Position numbers and translations under genes: made by a program. A stretch of 64,000 bases of DNA from Reclinomonas americana ATCC 50394 (taxonomy: Eukaryota): NCBI GenBank assembly GCA_048213135.1, contig PS015009.1, forward strand, positions 1,364,001 through 1,428,000, given 5' to 3'. Shown one piece after another: positions 60,514-64,000 of the stretch (positions within the stretch are counted from its first letter, which is position 1; the number at the start of each line of letters is the position of its first letter). The notes under the pieces were generated by a model that saw only the letters and a list, made by a program, of their open reading frames with translations, was not told the origin of the DNA and made no database searches.

Positions 60514-62001
60514 ATGTCATTAAAAGTATATAACAGTTACAGCCGCGTCAAGGAAGAGTTTACGCCCATTACGCCTGGCCATGTGGGCATGTATGTGTGC
60601 GGCCCCACGGTAAGCGGCGAAAGCCACCTGGGTCATGCCCGCCCATACATCACCTTTGATTATGTGTACCGCTACCTCACCTACCTGGGGTATAAAGTGC
60701 GCTATGTACGCAATATTACCGATGCCGGGCACTTTGAGGAAGAAGGCCGTGAGGCGGAAGATAAAATCTCTAAAAAAGCGGTGCTGGAAAGACTGGAACC
60801 AATGGAGCTGGTGCAGAAATATACTAACCTGTACCATTGGGCCATGCTGCAGTTCAATTGCGTGGAACCCAGTATTGAGCCCACCGCAACGGGACATATT
60901 GTGGAACAGATCAACATGATCGAGAAGATCATATCGGAAGGGTATGCCTACGAAGTGAATGGTTCCGTATATTTTGATGTAAAAAAATATGCCGCCGGCC
61001 ATGATTATGGCAAACTGAGCGGCAGGGTGATCGACGACCTGCTGGAGACCACGCGTGAGCTGGACGGGCAGGAAGAGAAACGCGACAGGGCCGATTTCGC
61101 CCTGTGGAAGAATGCCGCACCGGAACACATTATGCGCTGGAAAAGTCCGTGGGGCGAGGGTTTCCCGGGATGGCACATCGAGTGCTCGGCCATGGCGACC
61201 AAGTACCTGGGCGCTGAATTTGATATTCACGGCGGTGGTATGGACTTGCAGTTCCCGCATCACGAAAGCGAGATTGCCCAGAGTACCATCTGCAATCATT
61301 CCGCACCGGTACGCTACTGGATGCACAACAATATGATCACCATCAACGGTAAGAAGATGGGCAAGAGTTACAACAACGTGATCAAGCTGACAGAAATGTT
61401 CAGCGGTACGCATCACCTGCTCACGCAACCCTTTCATCCCATGGTGATCCGTTTCTTCATTTTGCAAAGTCATTACCGCAGCCCGGTCGACTTCAGCAGC
61501 GAAGCACTGGAAGCGAGTGAAAAAGCATTGAAGCGTTTGTGGGAAGCGTATGAGCATTTGCAAAAACTGCCTGCCGGTACCAACGCAGAAGCTTCGGACA
61601 AAGAACTGGATGAAAAAGTGAACAAATGGATAGCGGAGTTTGATGAGTTTATGGATGATGACTTCAGCACGGCGAAAGTGCTGGCCAATATGTTTGAACT
61701 GGCGCCGGTGATCAACTCCCTGAAAGACGGGCTGATACCTGCTGACAGCCTTTCCGCCTCCACGCTGGACCTGCTGAAAAAGCAAATGAAAGCCTTCCTG
61801 GAAGATATTTTCGGACTGAAGAGCATGACGGAAAACAGCAGTAAGTTCAATGAAGTGATGCAATTGCTGATCGACATCCGCAAGGAAGCGAAGACCAAAA
61901 GGGACTTTGCCACTTCCGACAAGATCAGGAACCAGCTGTCGGAACTGGGTATACAGCTGAAGGATGAGAAAGGGGGAGAGATGAGTTGGAAAATAGATTA
62001 A
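60514..62001 (+). CDS. cysS: cysteine--tRNA ligase
   Basis: [39 protein letters not shown]. Confidence 0.98.
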   Translation: MSLKVYNSYSRVKEEFTPITPGHVGMYVCGPTVSGESHLGHARPYITFDYVYRYLTYLGYKVRYVRNITDAGHFEEEGREAEDKISKKAVLERLEPMELVQKYTNLYHWAMLQFNCVEPSIEPTATGHIVEQINMIEKIISEGYAYEVNGSVYFDVKKYAAGHDYGKLSGRVIDDLLETTRELDGQEEKRDRADFALWKNAAPEHIMRWKSPWGEGFPGWHIECSAMATKYLGAEFDIHGGGMDLQFPHHESEIAQSTICNHSAPVRYWMHNNMITINGKKMGKSYNNVIKLTEMFSGTHHLLTQPFHPMVIRFFILQSHYRSPVDFSSEALEASEKALKRLWEAYEHLQKLPAGTNAEASDKELDEKVNKWIAEFDEFMDDDFSTAKVLANMFELAPVINSLKDGLIPADSLSASTLDLLKKQMKAFLEDIFGLKSMTENSSKFNEVMQLLIDIRKEAKTKRDFATSDKIRNQLSELGIQLKDEKGGEMSWKID

Positions 62002-62123
62002 TTAATGAATATGCGGATGCGGGAATGTGCGGATTGAAATTCACTGCCCACTGACTTTGTTTACTTTTCATGTAGCTGGTCCCATTGGCACATCTGCATA
62101 TCGTTTAATTCACACATTCACTT

Positions 62124-62735
62124 ATGCCGCACATTGCACACCTGACCAAAGACAAAAAACTCGCTGCAGTTGTTCTTCAGCAGGAAAAATATATACTCAG
62201 GAAAAGAAAGAATATTCACCTTCACCTGTGCAACTCCATTATGAGCCAGCAACTGAGTACAAAGGTGGCGGATGTATTCCAGCAGCGCTTCCTGGACCTG
62301 TATGGCGGAAAAACACCAACCGCTGAAGCCGTGGTGGCCACACCTTTTGAAACCTTGCGTGGAATAGGTTTGAGCAATGCCAAAGCGAATTATGTATTGA
62401 ATGTATGCCGGTTTTTTATTGAGAAAAAAATAACCGATGCGCAACTGCATAAAATGGAAAACGAAGAGGTGATCGCTTTTTTGACACAGATAAAAGGCGT
62501 GGGCCGCTGGACAGTGGAAATGATACTCATGTTCACGCTGGGCCGGGAAGATATTTTTGCCGTGGATGATTTGGGTATACAACAGGCGGTATGCAAACTC
62601 TATAAAATTGATCCCGCCGATAAAAAAGCCATGAAGGAAAAGATGCTGAAAGTATCTGCCAAATGGAGCCCCTACCGTACTTATGCCTGTAAATATCTAT
62701 GGGGATGGAAGGACAATACGCCTGCTGGTAGTTAG
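62124..62735 (+). CDS. DNA-3-methyladenine glycosylase II family (HhH-GPD)
   Basis: SIMSQQLS, IKGVGRWTVEM, DDLG, WSPYRT. Confidence 0.9.
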   Translation: MPHIAHLTKDKKLAAVVLQQEKYILRKRKNIHLHLCNSIMSQQLSTKVADVFQQRFLDLYGGKTPTAEAVVATPFETLRGIGLSNAKANYVLNVCRFFIEKKITDAQLHKMENEEVIAFLTQIKGVGRWTVEMILMFTLGREDIFAVDDLGIQQAVCKLYKIDPADKKAMKEKMLKVSAKWSPYRTYACKYLWGWKDNTPAGS

Positions 62736-62815
62736 TATTGAGTATCAAGAGAAGTTTTCCTGTATTGATAAACTCATCTTGCTACCTGCTACTCGCTACT
62801 GATCTTCTTTGGAGA

Positions 62816-63289
62816 TCAAAATACAATTGAGTCTGCGATCCTTTCAAGATAACGCTGATCGGTTTCATCAAACTGATCCAATAGTTCACTGTCAACATCC
62901 AGCACACCGATCACTTCACCATTGCGGATAACAGGTATCACAATTTCCGACCTGGATAAACTGCTGCAGGCGATATGCCCCGGGAATTTTTCCACGTCGG
63001 GTACAATGAGGGTGCGTGCCTGTTCCCAGCTGGCGCCGCAAACACCTCGTCCCTTTTTAATTCGGGTGCAGGCCACCGGTCCCTGGAAAGGTCCCAGCAC
63101 CAGTTCACCTTCTTTTACGAGGTAAAATCCCACCCACAACCAGCCGAACTGTTCTTTAAGCGCCGCCACGGTGTTGGCCAGGTTGGCCACGAGGTCGGGT
63201 TCGCCTTCAATCAGCGCGTTAACCTGCGGAATGAGGGATTCGTAGATTTCTGATTTGGTACCCTGTATGATGTGGAGGTCTTCTGCCAT
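62816..63289 (-). CDS. GAF-domain free methionine-(R)-sulfoxide reductase (MsrC-like)
   Basis: WVGFY, LGPFQGPVAC, GVCG, FPGHIAC, SEIV, VLDVDS. Confidence 0.9.
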   Translation of the reverse strand: MAEDLHIIQGTKSEIYESLIPQVNALIEGEPDLVANLANTVAALKEQFGWLWVGFYLVKEGELVLGPFQGPVACTRIKKGRGVCGASWEQARTLIVPDVEKFPGHIACSSLSRSEIVIPVIRNGEVIGVLDVDSELLDQFDETDQRYLERIADSIVF

Positions 63290-63310
63290 ACCACAAAGAT
63301 AGATAATGAT

Positions 63311-64000
63311 CTATTGCAGCCGCACCACATTACCTATTTGTACAGGCTGGGGAGGCATAAACTGTCCATTGGGCAGCATTTGTGGCTGAAAGGCGAAAAT
63401 GCCACCCTGCGGAGTGACCGCGTACATAAAATTCGGGGTTTGATAGGTCCATGCCGCAATATTATCACGTGGCGGAGTGCTCCATCCTACCTGCATTGAC
63501 TGACCATTCACCGGGTCTACCGCCATAATCCTTCCCCTGTTGGTAACCAGGTACTGAACCGGGTATTGGTCATGCCAGAAAAAACACTGGATGGTATAGG
63601 TTTCCGATGGCTGGGACGGAGCAGTACTTGCCAGAGAAGCATCATCTGTTTGTTCCTGCGACTGGATATGGAACCTGTCTGCTTTCTGTGTTGCTTCCCG
63701 TTCAATACCATTATAATCGCGGGCATAATTGTAGGCAAACATTTCAACTCCCATTCTTTCATATTGTTCCACATGTGTCAGCTCATGCACCCACCAGGAA
63801 GTGGCATAAGGCGGCGGCTGGTTATTAAATACAATAATATCATCGACAGTTACAGCGAAATAATCGTTGCCAAACAGTTTTTGTCCCTGGCCGATAAAAT
63901 TGGGTAAAGTGATCTCTATATTACCGACGCAGTATTTGGCCCGGTTAAGTGTAGAGGGCGAAAAGTAACCGGCTAAAGCCTGTTTGATATTGGCCGGAAG
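63311..64000 (-). CDS. DUF4157 (HExxH) domain protein, 5' end truncated by window edge
   Basis: frame open from 64000: LPANIKQALAGYF...AVTVDDIIVF...WWVHELTHVEQY...IEREA. Confidence 0.75.
   Translation of the reverse strand, partial: LPANIKQALAGYFSPSTLNRAKYCVGNIEITLPNFIGQGQKLFGNDYFAVTVDDIIVFNNQPPPYATSWWVHELTHVEQYERMGVEMFAYNYARDYNGIEREATQKADRFHIQSQEQTDDASLASTAPSQPSETYTIQCFFWHDQYPVQYLVTNRGRIMAVDPVNGQSMQVGWSTPPRDNIAAWTYQTPNFMYAVTPQGGIFAFQPQMLPNGQFMPPQPVQIGNVVRLQ

Noticed and set aside
60520-61863. 447-aa antisense ORF over cysS, and similar long antisense ORFs (4608-5507, 23478-24401, 39180-40346, 53262-54257)
   Set aside because: Shadow frames of well-supported genes, with no recognisable motifs.
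1-64000. prophage, IS element or defence island
   Set aside because: No integrase, transposase, phage structural or recognisable defence genes other than the lone higBA.

Overview
Core-chromosome window from a Bacteroidota bacterium, most likely Chitinophagaceae-like (inferred from gene content and TAnnTTTG promoter elements). It holds about 60 mostly housekeeping genes, including ssb, mnmG, ybeY, nadD, nadA, corA, thiL, adk, paaZ, fabG, lptB, metF, rlmD and cysS. It also has a HigBA toxin-antitoxin module and a deleted, frameshifted sensor/LytTR pseudogene. I found no rRNA, tRNA, CRISPR array, IS element or prophage. The most interesting signals are non-coding or below the ORF-track size cutoff: (1) a 17-aa Cys-rich leader peptide plus hairpin upstream of cysS, a candidate cysteine-sensing attenuator; (2) a probable oriC between nadA and the PpiD/SurA-like gene, with many DnaA boxes and DnaA-trio architecture; (3) a duplicated 35-bp parS-like element over the promoter of a viral-type HNH-like gene between ybeY and mnmG; (4) two small PP-ending putative arrest/leader proteins near sulP-can, bracketed by a 13-bp inverted repeat; (5) many probably leaderless genes; (6) an unannotated 41-aa CGCP lipoprotein. 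All family calls come from motif recognition by eye; no searches were run.
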